Virus record (IMG/VR): IMGVR_UViG_3300005326_000096
Span: 1 to 34,680 of that record
Direction: 5' to 3' (one strand)
Origin: a virus
Taxonomy: Duplodnaviria > Caudoviricetes
DNA length: 34,680 nucleotides
Both the position numbers and the translations under genes were made by a program. Positions 7,631-16,735 of this stretch are shown piece after piece (position 1 is the stretch's first letter; each line of letters starts with the position of its first letter). Below the pieces are notes generated by a model. The model did no database searches. It was not told where the DNA came from and saw nothing but the letters and a program-made list of their open reading frames with translations.

Positions 7631-7860
7631 TGCAAAAGACTAAAACTAAGAAGTATACTAAGGAACACAAGGAATTATTTATGGCTATTTTTCAAGGAAC
7701 TGCTGATGTAAATTCAGAGGGTAAAGTAGTTGTTAACGGAAAAGAGTGGGAATGGACAGATGTAGATGTTCAATATTTTGTTCGCAGAGCAAGACAGATT
7801 AAAACTGAAATGATGAAACTGGTTGATAAAGAAATGACTAGTATTTTTGGGAAGCTTTAA
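7630..7860 (+). CDS. hypothetical protein, 76 aa
   Basis: GGAGGT RBS; TAATG coupling to the previous gene. Confidence 0.7.
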   Translation: MQKTKTKKYTKEHKELFMAIFQGTADVNSEGKVVVNGKEWEWTDVDVQYFVRRARQIKTEMMKLVDKEMTSIFGKL

Positions 7861-7893
7861 TTAGCTTCCTTTTAATTTAAGGAGGAAATAAAT

Positions 7894-8256
7894 ATGAAAA
7901 GACAAGCGTATATGTGTAGTTGCGGAAAAGAATTTACTCAAACAGAAAGAACTAATATACAATACAACGGAAATAGATGCCCTAATTGCAGAGCGTATAA
8001 AGAAATTAGTGAAGTTGACGTGTATATCCTTCCCGATGGTTCTGAAACTACTGAATTTTTTACTACGGAAGTATTAAAAATGGAAATAAAAGAAGTGTGG
8101 GACTCTGGAGTAGAAGGAAAAGTAAAATTAATATTAATTGCTATGGCATTATTAATCGTAGTACCAATTGTAATTGGATTAGCACTTTGTTTGCTTAAAT
8201 TATTTTTGATTATTTTGAGTTTAATTTTCAAATTCATATTTTGGGCATTATTTTAA
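7894..8256 (+). CDS. Zn-ribbon protein with C-terminal membrane anchor
   Basis: CSCG...CPNC followed by a long hydrophobic C-terminus; AAGGAGG RBS. Confidence 0.7.
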   Translation: MKRQAYMCSCGKEFTQTERTNIQYNGNRCPNCRAYKEISEVDVYILPDGSETTEFFTTEVLKMEIKEVWDSGVEGKVKLILIAMALLIVVPIVIGLALCLLKLFLIILSLIFKFIFWALF

Positions 8257-8270
8257 AGGAGGAATTATTA

Positions 8271-8648
8271 ATGATTAAATTAAAAAAAGGAAGTCCTGTG
8301 GAAGTCCCTGTGTACAAAAACATGTATGAACTTGTTGTGGAAACAATGCAAGGGGACGCTGATGATTACCATGACTTCACACTTCACTTCCCTATAGTAG
8401 ATGGTGAACCTTCTGACGATTTATTTAAAGCTATTCGCCTATTAGAGAAAATTGAATCAGAAGCAGATTGGGACACTTCGTTAAATAAATATGATGGATT
8501 TGAAAGACTATTTTCCGATGAGTGGTATTTTGAATGTGACTATGGATATTGGGATTCTTTAGAGGGGTATACTTTATTTTTATATGATTCTAGCGGAACT
8601 AAATTCGTGATTGATATTGAAATATTTGATGAGGAAGATGATGAATAA
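8271..8648 (+). CDS. acidic hypothetical protein (start ATG 8271)
   Basis: AAGGAGG RBS before MIKLKKG... Confidence 0.7.
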   Translation: MIKLKKGSPVEVPVYKNMYELVVETMQGDADDYHDFTLHFPIVDGEPSDDLFKAIRLLEKIESEADWDTSLNKYDGFERLFSDEWYFECDYGYWDSLEGYTLFLYDSSGTKFVIDIEIFDEEDDE

Positions 8649-8802
8649 TTATACAGATAAATGTATAAAATGCAATCAACAAATAGAACCACAGTATAAT
8701 TACTGTCCTAATTGTGGAAAGCAACTTGTAGCTGTGGTATTTTCGCCAGTGTATAAAAATTCATGTATATACAGAGTATGCAAAAGGAGGAAATTGGAAT
8801 AA
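8641..8802 (+). CDS. Zn-ribbon microprotein
   Basis: CIKC...YCPNCG. Confidence 0.6.
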   Translation: MNNYTDKCIKCNQQIEPQYNYCPNCGKQLVAVVFSPVYKNSCIYRVCKRRKLE

Positions 8803-9044
8803 TGTTAAAATGCAAAATAATAAATAGAACTAGATATGAAGATTTGGAAAAAGAAGTAGAAACATTTTTAGCTAAAATTAAAAATAATTATAGAGATATT
8901 AAATATTCTACCACATTAGGTGATAGATTTTATTATTCAGCTATGATTATCTATGAAATGCAAACAGAGGAAGAGAGAATCACATGGGAGAGAAGAGTTG
9001 AACAATTATCAGAGATGGTTTATGGGCAAATAAATAAAGAATAA
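8802..9044 (+). CDS. DUF2758/Cse60-like small protein
   Basis: AAGGAGG RBS; pattern EDLEKEVETFL...DIKYS...YSAMIIYE. Confidence 0.55.
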   Translation: MLKCKIINRTRYEDLEKEVETFLAKIKNNYRDIKYSTTLGDRFYYSAMIIYEMQTEEERITWERRVEQLSEMVYGQINKE

Positions 9045-9064
9045 AATCTGGAGTTATTAGTTTA

Positions 9065-9290
9065 ACGGCGGAGCGAAGCGGAGTCCCTTGAAGCGTAAGC
9101 GGAGAGGGATTTTATTTGTATCCAAAACTTGTGCGTATACCAACACACAATTGTTGACTCTCCGAGAAACACAGGATGAATAAATTTTTGTGGTACATTT
9201 ATTATAATATAATATATATATAAAGTAAATATATATTTATATATTATATATAATATAAATAACGTGCGTGTGCGAGTAATAGTATATTAT
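9065..9290. other. non-coding region with GCGGAG/GCGAAGCG repeats and an A/T palindromic tract (origin-like)
   Basis: GCGGAG three times in 9067-9104; palindrome TAAATATATATTTA 9227-9240 inside an almost pure A/T run. Confidence 0.35.
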
Positions 9291-9308
9291 TAGGGGAAAA
9301 TATTTTCC

Positions 9309-9337
9309 TTGACCTTTTTATATTTTATGTGTATAAT
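9309..9337 (+). promoter_or_regulatory. sigma-A-type promoter
   Basis: TTGACC-17 bp-TATAAT. Confidence 0.7.
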
Positions 9338-9360
9338 GTGAAAGCAAGGGAGTGAGTGAA

Positions 9361-9570
9361 ATGTTGAGAAAATTAATTGACTATGGAGCGTTTTTAGAGG
9401 AAATCCTTTACAACTTAATGATTTTTGTTTCCTTTTTTTGTCTAGTAATACTGCCATTTGTTGTTTTATACCACGCAATAATGGGAAGTATGATTATGAG
9501 TATGTTTTATATGCTGTTAACCTCGTTTTTTGGGGGAATTAATATTATATTAAACAAAAAGGAGAGATAG
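9361..9570 (+). CDS. small membrane protein (2 TM)
   Basis: Hydrophobic segments; AAGGGAGTG upstream; start could be 9352 or 9361. Confidence 0.6.
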   Translation: MLRKLIDYGAFLEEILYNLMIFVSFFCLVILPFVVLYHAIMGSMIMSMFYMLLTSFFGGINIILNKKER

Positions 9571-9574
9571 CCTT

Positions 9575-9709
9575 ATGAAGATTTGTCCGATATTACTCTT
9601 AGCAAAGTATGACAATCCTGAGTGTAAGGGAAATAGATGTGCATGGTACGAAACACTAAATAGCGAGGGCGCTTTAGTAGCAATCGCAGACACAATAAGG
9701 GGGAAATAA
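9575..9709 (+). CDS. 44-aa Cys microprotein (not in ORF track)
   Basis: AAGGAG RBS; MKICPILLLAKYDNPECKGNRCAWYETL... Confidence 0.55.
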   Translation: MKICPILLLAKYDNPECKGNRCAWYETLNSEGALVAIADTIRGK

Positions 9710-9710
9710 G

Positions 9711-10031
9711 ATGGATATAAAAAATATTGACGAATTAGTAGACTTAAAACTAGTTGATTTTGGGCAAAAATGTTCCAATTATGATGTGAATGATCTTTCC
9801 GTACTGAAAAGTATGTTAGTAATGGCTAAAGGAGAGATCCAGTTCAAGCTGAATGATATTATTAATTATAAATACACTAATATTAATATGACGGATGAAG
9901 AATACCTTCAGTTTGTTACCCAAGTTGCTTCAATGGGAGGACTTATTAGTAATATTGTTAGTAAAGTGGAAATTGTTGACTATTACTTTGAAGTTTTAAC
10001 ACCTTCTTGCTTTAAAAATAACAAAACTTGA
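9711..10031 (+). CDS. hypothetical protein, 106 aa
   Basis: AAGGGGG RBS; ORF track. Confidence 0.7.
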   Translation: MDIKNIDELVDLKLVDFGQKCSNYDVNDLSVLKSMLVMAKGEIQFKLNDIINYKYTNINMTDEEYLQFVTQVASMGGLISNIVSKVEIVDYYFEVLTPSCFKNNKT

Positions 10032-10056
10032 CAACAAATGTGGCATCTGTTATACT
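10028..10056 (+). promoter_or_regulatory. sigma-A-type promoter
   Basis: TTGACA-17 bp-TATACT with TG extended -10. Confidence 0.75.
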
Positions 10057-10112
10057 AAAAGCAAGTCAAACGACAACAAAACACAAAACATGAAATTTTA
10101 GGAGGAATAATT

Positions 10113-10931
10113 ATGAACGAGAAAGATTTAAAAGTAGCAATTGACCAGTTAACCGCAATGAGTGATTTTGCATTGGATTTGAAAGGGAAACTTACTGATA
10201 TGTTAGATGCCCCAAAGGATGCAAAGCAACCTGACGTTGTTGAAGCTAAAGCACCAGAAGCTAAAAAACAAAAACAAGCCACAGTTGCTGATGATTTAGA
10301 CCTTGAAGCTTCCGAAGATGTGGAAGATGCAGTTGATTTAGATGCAATCGCGGATAAGTATGAGTTAAAAGACATGAAAATTGGGGAATTGAGAGAGTTC
10401 CTTGAAGGTTATGAAATTGAGTTCCCTGTAAAAGCTAAAAAGCCAGAATTAATCACTATTCTAGCACAAGCTATTGCAGATGGGAAAATTCCATTAGATG
10501 ATGATTCTGAGGATGCCCCTGTTGAAGCAGAAACCGAGGTAGATGAGGACGTAGAAGTTGATGCTGATGATTCTGTTGTAGATGATTTTGAAGCAAGTGA
10601 CGAGCGTATTGAAGCTGAAAACAAAGTTGAAGATAAAATTCGTGCAACATTCCCTAAAAAGTTAAAAATTAGTGCGATTAAAAAGTTCCTTAAAACCTAC
10701 TATGATGGAGATGCGGAAATGTCCAACCTTGATGATAGAGACGATGAAGAACTATTAGACATGTATATTGAAGTTCAGCAAGCATTAGTCGGGGATGATG
10801 GAGATGTTAATGAAATGGAAAATGCCTATTTCAGAAATGATGTAATCTTCTGTTGTGGTAAGGAAACTAAAGCTATGGAAGACACAGATAACATCTACTG
10901 CGAAATCTGCGGAAACGAGTACGAAGGATAA
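10113..10931 (+). CDS. highly acidic protein with HeH/Rho-N-like motif and C-terminal Zn-ribbon
   Basis: DMKIGELREFLEGYEIEFPVKAKKPELITIL; CCG...CEICG; D/E-rich linkers. Confidence 0.7.
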   Translation: MNEKDLKVAIDQLTAMSDFALDLKGKLTDMLDAPKDAKQPDVVEAKAPEAKKQKQATVADDLDLEASEDVEDAVDLDAIADKYELKDMKIGELREFLEGYEIEFPVKAKKPELITILAQAIADGKIPLDDDSEDAPVEAETEVDEDVEVDADDSVVDDFEASDERIEAENKVEDKIRATFPKKLKISAIKKFLKTYYDGDAEMSNLDDRDDEELLDMYIEVQQALVGDDGDVNEMENAYFRNDVIFCCGKETKAMEDTDNIYCEICGNEYEG

Positions 10932-10935
10932 AATT

Positions 10936-10958
10936 AGGGGAGCAAGTCTCCCCTTTTT
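10936..10958 (+). terminator. intrinsic terminator
   Basis: AGGGGAG-CAAGT-CTCCCCT plus T run. Confidence 0.75.
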
Positions 10959-10982
10959 ATTTTATTAATGTGGAGGGATAAT

Positions 10983-11375
10983 ATGCCAGTTGAAATTAAT
11001 GGAAAATATTACTCTGAGACTTCCAAAGGGATGATAGAAGTTCATCCTTTTAGAACTCACCAGTTTCAAAATGAATTTAATAGGGAGACAGTGGTAGCAA
11101 TGAGTTTTGATAACTTTATGTTGCAGTATAATGATATTACTGTAGAACAAATTATTAGAGAACTAGCGAGAAGAGTTGCGGATAAAATTATTGAAGACCA
11201 TTTCCAAGAGATTGTTGCTAATATTGATATGCAAGCAGTTTCTAATATGGCTGTTGCTAATGCAGGAGCAGAAATTAAAAAGAAACTGGATACCTTGCCT
11301 AGTGATATTGCAAATAAAATGCCAAGAACCATTGTGAAAAATGAAGCCCACTTTCACAAACACACTTTATGGTAG
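10983..11375 (+). CDS. hypothetical protein (start ATG 10983)
   Basis: GGAGGG RBS before MPVEING... Confidence 0.7.
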   Translation: MPVEINGKYYSETSKGMIEVHPFRTHQFQNEFNRETVVAMSFDNFMLQYNDITVEQIIRELARRVADKIIEDHFQEIVANIDMQAVSNMAVANAGAEIKKKLDTLPSDIANKMPRTIVKNEAHFHKHTLW

Positions 11376-11388
11376 GAGGAGTAAATAT

Positions 11389-11787
11389 ATGTATAGTATT
11401 GAGGACATAAGAAATTCGCAAGATGTTCTGTATTGGATGAGAGATAGAGCAGAAGAAATTATTGTATTTAAACAATCCCTGTTAGGGTATGATAGTTTTG
11501 CCAGATATGGACGTATTAATAGTATTGACATAGCAGGAAATTTTGTAGAGATTGAAACAATTGAGAGTTCTCGTTGTAGTTGCTGTTCAGATGACCATGA
11601 TTATTTAAGGATTCCTTTAGAATATTTCCTATCAGATGATTGGAAAGATAAAGTGAAACAGGAAGCTGAACAGGAAAGACTAGCTAAAATAAAAGTTCAA
11701 GAGCAATTAACAGAACAAAAAAGGATTAAAGATGAAGCCAACCGCAAGAAATTATTTGAGGACTTGAAAAAGGAATTTGGGGATTAA
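11389..11787 (+). CDS. hypothetical protein with C-terminal coiled coil (start ATG 11389)
   Basis: AGGAGGAG RBS before MYSIEDIR... Confidence 0.7.
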   Translation: MYSIEDIRNSQDVLYWMRDRAEEIIVFKQSLLGYDSFARYGRINSIDIAGNFVEIETIESSRCSCCSDDHDYLRIPLEYFLSDDWKDKVKQEAEQERLAKIKVQEQLTEQKRIKDEANRKKLFEDLKKEFGD

Positions 11788-11800
11788 GGAGAGGATATAA

Positions 11801-12262
11801 TTGAGAAAACTCATAGCCTATGCCATTGTTATGATGATTGTCTTTGGAGTGCATAACCCAATGGCTAATTCAAATGATGAAACAGGACTAGGAGTTGTGG
11901 AACAAGAGACTGTTGTTGTGCAACCTGTAGTGGAAGAACCTGTTTTAACATATCGTGAGAGATTAGACCAACAAGTTAGTAGAGGTGAAGTTCGTTCCTT
12001 TACTGTAGTAGCAACTGCGTATACCCATACTGGTAATGCAACCTTTACAGGGATCATGCCTTATGTTGGAGTTATTGCTGTTGACCCAAATGTTATTCCT
12101 TTAGGAACTAGAGTATATGTAGAGGGATATGGGGAAGCAATCGCGGCTGATACTGGAGGATTAATTAAAGGACATAAGATTGACTTGTTTATGAATTCAG
12201 AACAAGAATGTGAAGAATGGGGTATTCAACCAAGAAGGATTTATATTTTAGGGAGGAACTAG
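11801..12262 (+). CDS. secreted or anchored 3D-domain peptidoglycan-active protein
   Basis: Signal-like N-terminus; ATAY...AVDPNVIPLGTRVYVEGYG...DTGGLIKGHKIDLF (three-Asp 3D domain). Confidence 0.85.
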   Translation: MRKLIAYAIVMMIVFGVHNPMANSNDETGLGVVEQETVVVQPVVEEPVLTYRERLDQQVSRGEVRSFTVVATAYTHTGNATFTGIMPYVGVIAVDPNVIPLGTRVYVEGYGEAIAADTGGLIKGHKIDLFMNSEQECEEWGIQPRRIYILGRN

Positions 12263-12266
12263 TTTA

Positions 12267-12722
12267 GTGGAAAATTTAAAAATGATATTTTATGCCACTC
12301 TAACTCTTGTTGGGATTACTTTGGCAATATTTTTAATTGGAAATTTAATTATTAAGTTGATTGGATTATCTCTTATATTTACTATTAACCACGCAATTGC
12401 AGGGGTAATCTCAATGGTATGTTTAAAATACCTAATCAACTTTTTAGTTATTAATGCTTCACCACAAATGAGTAATCAGCATTTAGAAGATGAGATTAAG
12501 TATTTAAAAGATGCAAACGTTGGATTGACAATTATTTTAGGATCATTTATTAAGTATTTTGGCGGATACACAATGGAAGTTCAGATTCCAAAGTATATTG
12601 TTAATCAAATAAAAGAAGATGTTGAAGTAATTTATTCCTCTGATGATAAAAACCAATTAGAAGTTTTTAGACTTAAAGGGGAGACTACGGAGGGAACAAA
12701 TGGCAAAAATAGTCTTAATTAA
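12267..12722 (+). CDS. membrane protein
   Basis: Two N-terminal hydrophobic helices; GGGGAGG RBS with GTG start. Confidence 0.65.
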   Translation: MENLKMIFYATLTLVGITLAIFLIGNLIIKLIGLSLIFTINHAIAGVISMVCLKYLINFLVINASPQMSNQHLEDEIKYLKDANVGLTIILGSFIKYFGGYTMEVQIPKYIVNQIKEDVEVIYSSDDKNQLEVFRLKGETTEGTNGKNSLN

Positions 12723-13488
12723 TAAAAATGAGATTGAAAAAGAACTAAAATTAGCAGGATGGCACGCTTCTGTTTCTTACGATTCTAAGAATTTTAATGA
12801 AACAGTAGTTGCTAAACATTGTATTGAAGCAGGACATGGAACTACTACAAGAGGTATGCGTTTTATATTTGAAATTTCAGAAGTTTCAAGAGCATTTTCA
12901 CATGAGTTTGTTCGCCATGAATTGGGAGTGTATAAGGTGCAACGTAGTCAACGTTATGTTAATGAGGATGGATTTAAGTATGTAACCCCTGATGCTTTAG
13001 TAGACATTAGGGTTCTTGCAAAGATTCCTTTAGTAACCTTTGACCCAGTTAGTAATAATTATACCTATGAAGACACTATTGAGACTTGGCTGTCTTACCA
13101 TGACTTCCAAGATATTGTTAAACAAATGTATACTGGATTCGTTAAAGCAGGTGCTAAACCAGAAGATGCACGATATGCTTTAACAAATGCTACCTTCACC
13201 AAAATTCATGTAATTATGAATTGGGAAGGACTAGACCAGTTTTGTTATCGTAGATGTTGCACTAGGGCACAGTGGGAAATTCGTGATGTTGCATTTCAAG
13301 CTAAAGCAGAAGTAACCAGTGTTAGTGAGTTTTTAGGAAATAAATTAGGTGCACATTGTTTAAAACATGGATATTGTCCAGAGTTGCCTAAAGGATGTGG
13401 GATTGCCCCAAATAAAAAAGATTTTCTGGACACTTTTCTTATTGGTAAGGAAGTTATACAGAACCAGAAGTACAAATTAGCCGATTAA
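12700..13488 (+). CDS. thyX: FAD-dependent thymidylate synthase
   Basis: SRAFSHEFVRH...QRSQRY, EDARYAL and RAQWEIR motifs. Confidence 0.93.
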   Translation: MAKIVLINKNEIEKELKLAGWHASVSYDSKNFNETVVAKHCIEAGHGTTTRGMRFIFEISEVSRAFSHEFVRHELGVYKVQRSQRYVNEDGFKYVTPDALVDIRVLAKIPLVTFDPVSNNYTYEDTIETWLSYHDFQDIVKQMYTGFVKAGAKPEDARYALTNATFTKIHVIMNWEGLDQFCYRRCCTRAQWEIRDVAFQAKAEVTSVSEFLGNKLGAHCLKHGYCPELPKGCGIAPNKKDFLDTFLIGKEVIQNQKYKLAD

Positions 13489-13517
13489 ATTTATTTTATG
13501 CAAAGATGGTCTAACTA

Positions 13518-13546
13518 TTGACCATCTTCTATTTTTAATATATAAT
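13518..13546 (+). promoter_or_regulatory. sigma-A-type promoter overlapped by an inverted repeat
   Basis: TTGACC-17 bp-TATAAT; AAGATGGTC(13503-11)/GACCATCTT(13520-28). Confidence 0.65.
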
Positions 13547-13577
13547 AAAAACAATCACATTAAAGGGGATATGAAAT

Positions 13578-14162
13578 ATGAATGTAATTAAAGTAAAAAA
13601 ATTAAGTGAAACAGCAGTAATACCTAAATATACTCGCGCAGGAGATGCGGCATTTGATTTAGTGTCTAATGAATTTCATTTAATTCAGCCACAAGCTACT
13701 GTAGGAGTAGGAACAGGGTTAGCATTTGAAATTCCAACAGGATTTGAAGTAGAGGTAGTACCAAGAAGCGGTATTAGTTTAGAAACACCTTTAAGAGTAG
13801 CTAACACACCAGGTACAATTGATGAAAATTATCGCGGAGAGTTAAAAGTTATTCTAACTAATTCAATTCCACAGACCTTTAATTTATTTACGGAGGAAAA
13901 TGGTATTGTGTCCTCCGATGAAAAGTGTGTTCCATTTGTATTTGATTTAAAATGTAATCAAGTATCAATTGAAGATGTTCAAAAGGAAACTGGTGCGAAG
14001 TTTGATGGAGAAGTAGTAGCTTACCCTACATTTTATATTCGTAAAGGAGATAGAATCGCGCAAGGTAAGTTAAGAGAAGTATTTGTAGCTAGTTTTGAGG
14101 AAGTAACAGAACTAAGTGATAGTAATCGAGGGACAGCAGGATTTGGAAGTAGTGGTGTCTAA
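13578..14162 (+). CDS. dut: trimeric dUTPase with internal insertion
   Basis: Motifs AAFDL, PRSG, GTIDENYRGE, GDRIAQ, RGTAGFGSSG. Confidence 0.95.
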   Translation: MNVIKVKKLSETAVIPKYTRAGDAAFDLVSNEFHLIQPQATVGVGTGLAFEIPTGFEVEVVPRSGISLETPLRVANTPGTIDENYRGELKVILTNSIPQTFNLFTEENGIVSSDEKCVPFVFDLKCNQVSIEDVQKETGAKFDGEVVAYPTFYIRKGDRIAQGKLREVFVASFEEVTELSDSNRGTAGFGSSGV

Positions 14163-14181
14163 AATTTAGGAGGGTTTATAT

Positions 14182-16080
14182 TTGATTATAGATGTAAGTT
14201 ATACGCAGGAGTTTGAGAACAAGTTCGAGAAATTAAAAAAATTACCTCATGCACAAGAGTTGTTGGATTTAGATGGAATTGGAGCGCAGACTGATTTAGC
14301 GGCTTTTTCTCGCCAGTTCTTTTCTAAAAAAGGAGTAACTACCGCAGATGTTAGTATTGATAGTAACGCTAATGTTGATGATATGTCAGTTATTAGTTTT
14401 GAGGTAGAATCAACTAAACCTCAACACAAGTTAAATTCTTACTTCCTTTTGTATAAGTATGGAAAGAAGTTATTTGATGAAGAAACAGCATATAAAATGA
14501 TGGAAGCACAATTCAATAAGGATATTTATATTAATGATTTTTACGCTTTTAATAAACCTTATTGTTTTAATTTTAGCTGTGTTGATATAATGTTCCAAGG
14601 GTTGCCATTCGTAAAGAAAATTAAATCAGAAGCACCAAAGAATTTCATTTCAATTAATGGACAGATTCAACAATTCATTAATTATGCTTCTAATTCAATT
14701 GCAGGAGCAGTAGGATTGGCAGACTTCTTGTTAGTATATAGTTACTACACAAAGAAATTGCTTACTGAGTATGAAGATGTACCAGAACATTTCAAATGGT
14801 ATTTAATTAAACAGGAACTTCAAAGCACAATTTTTACAGTAAACCAACCTTTTAGGGGAGGAATTCAATCTCCATTTACTAATATAAGTATTTATGATGA
14901 TGTTTTCTTAGCTAAATGGTGTTCAGAGTATTATTTTCCTGATGGAAGTCAGCCTGACATTGAGATTGTTAAGAAGTTACAAGAGTTATACATTGATATA
15001 ATGAATGAAACTTTGTGTAGAACACCTGTTACTTTCCCTGTTACTACTGCTTGTTTGGCAGTAGATGAAAATAGAGAAGTTATTGATAAAGACTTCCTTA
15101 AATTTATTAGTCAAAAGAACTTAGAGTTTGGATTCATTAACATTTATGGTGGAGCAACTTCTACTTTGTCCTCATGTTGCAGACTTCGTTCTGACAGCAC
15201 TAAGGAATACTTCAACCAGTTTGGAGCAGGTGGAACTAAAATCGGGAGTTTGGGAGTAGTTACAGTTAATTTACCAAGACTAGCAGTAAGAGCGCAAGGA
15301 AACATTAAAAAGTTTTATGCAATGCTTGATGAGTTAGTTGAATTAGTGGCTAAAATTAACCATGTTAAACGCTTCATTATTTTGAAACGTGTAGAAAATG
15401 GAAACCTACCATTATACACCCATGGTTATATGGACACCAGAAAACAGTATAGCACAGTTGGATTAACTGGAATTAATGAATCTGTTAACCTTTTGGGAGC
15501 AGATATTTTGACAGAAGAAGGGCAAGAAATTGTTAAAGAACTTCTAATGTCAGCCAATGATAGAAATGACCGCATGGAAGCTTTATTTGGTACTCCACAT
15601 AATTGTGAGCAAGTTCCTGCTGAGAATAGCGCAATTAAGTTAGCGCAAGCTGATATTCTATTAGGATACCAAGATGATTATGAGGTATATTCTAACCAGT
15701 TTATTCCTTTAATTACTAAAGCAGATTTGCTTGATCGTATTAAACTACAGGGAATGTTTGATTCGTTTATGTCTGGAGGGGCTATTTGTCACTTAAATAT
15801 AGACACTAGAATTGAAGACGTTCAACAAATGATAGACTTAATAGAATACTCTATTAAAGCAGGAGTAATTTACCAAGCTATTAATTACAACATTCAAAGA
15901 TGTGAAAATGATCATATGAGTGTAGGAAAAGCCCATAAATGTCCAACTTGTCAAGGAAAAATTACAGACAATTTCACAAGGGTTGTTGGATTCCTAGTTA
16001 ATACTAAGAATTTCCACAAGAAAAGAAGAGAACACGATTACCCAAATCGCCAGTTCTATAAAGGAGTAGGACTTAATTAG
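14182..16080 (+). CDS. nrdD: class III (anaerobic) ribonucleotide reductase, no ATP cone
   Basis: Finger loop SSCCRL, EQVPAE, CENDH...CPTC metal site, glycyl-radical motif RVVGFL. Confidence 0.93.
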   Translation: MIIDVSYTQEFENKFEKLKKLPHAQELLDLDGIGAQTDLAAFSRQFFSKKGVTTADVSIDSNANVDDMSVISFEVESTKPQHKLNSYFLLYKYGKKLFDEETAYKMMEAQFNKDIYINDFYAFNKPYCFNFSCVDIMFQGLPFVKKIKSEAPKNFISINGQIQQFINYASNSIAGAVGLADFLLVYSYYTKKLLTEYEDVPEHFKWYLIKQELQSTIFTVNQPFRGGIQSPFTNISIYDDVFLAKWCSEYYFPDGSQPDIEIVKKLQELYIDIMNETLCRTPVTFPVTTACLAVDENREVIDKDFLKFISQKNLEFGFINIYGGATSTLSSCCRLRSDSTKEYFNQFGAGGTKIGSLGVVTVNLPRLAVRAQGNIKKFYAMLDELVELVAKINHVKRFIILKRVENGNLPLYTHGYMDTRKQYSTVGLTGINESVNLLGADILTEEGQEIVKELLMSANDRNDRMEALFGTPHNCEQVPAENSAIKLAQADILLGYQDDYEVYSNQFIPLITKADLLDRIKLQGMFDSFMSGGAICHLNIDTRIEDVQQMIDLIEYSIKAGVIYQAINYNIQRCENDHMSVGKAHKCPTCQGKITDNFTRVVGFLVNTKNFHKKRREHDYPNRQFYKGVGLN

Positions 16081-16115
16081 TCCTACTTTTCCCTTATAAG
16101 GCAACAGGAGGAAAC

Positions 16116-16553
16116 ATGAAAATAGCAGGAACTCAGTTTACGTTGAAGGATAGAGCATTTGAGATTTATATTAGTGGATGTAGTATTCACTGTAAGGGAT
16201 GTCATAATCCCGAATTATGGGATTTTAATTATGGGGAAGAATTAACTATTGATTACATTAGTGATCTTATTGATAAAATTGAAGATGCAGGGAAACTTGT
16301 AAAGGAAATTAGAATATTAGGTGGAGAACCATTACAAAATAATCAAGATGAATTACTTGATTTAATACTAGACCTTAAACTATTTTTTTGTGGAGATATT
16401 AAATTTGTTTTGTTCACTGGATTTGATTTAAAAGAAGTTCCTCACTGGTGTTTAGATGTATTTGATTCTGTTAAGTATGGAAGATATATTGAGGAATTAA
16501 GAGTAGATGGGCAAGATTATGCTAGTAGTAATCAAGGAGTATGGATTAAATGA
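16116..16553 (+). CDS. nrdG: anaerobic RNR activase (radical SAM)
   Basis: GCSIHCKGCHNPELW, LGGEP, ASSNQ; adjacent to nrdD. Confidence 0.92.
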   Translation: MKIAGTQFTLKDRAFEIYISGCSIHCKGCHNPELWDFNYGEELTIDYISDLIDKIEDAGKLVKEIRILGGEPLQNNQDELLDLILDLKLFFCGDIKFVLFTGFDLKEVPHWCLDVFDSVKYGRYIEELRVDGQDYASSNQGVWIK

Positions 16554-16735
16554 TTGGGAAAAGGGATATAGTTGTTACAATTGTATATACTTCTGATTAT
16601 ACTAACGGAACAGGAAAAATTAATGAATTAAGAGTAAAAACAACTGCCAATTCTGAAATTGTTGAATACCCAACGATATTAGGAATATTAGAAATGGCAA
16701 AAGAAAAATTTATAAAAATGGGAGATAGTAAATGA
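16550..16735 (+). CDS. hypothetical protein, 61 aa
   Basis: ATGA-coupled on both sides. Confidence 0.65.
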   Translation: MIGKRDIVVTIVYTSDYTNGTGKINELRVKTTANSEIVEYPTILGILEMAKEKFIKMGDSK

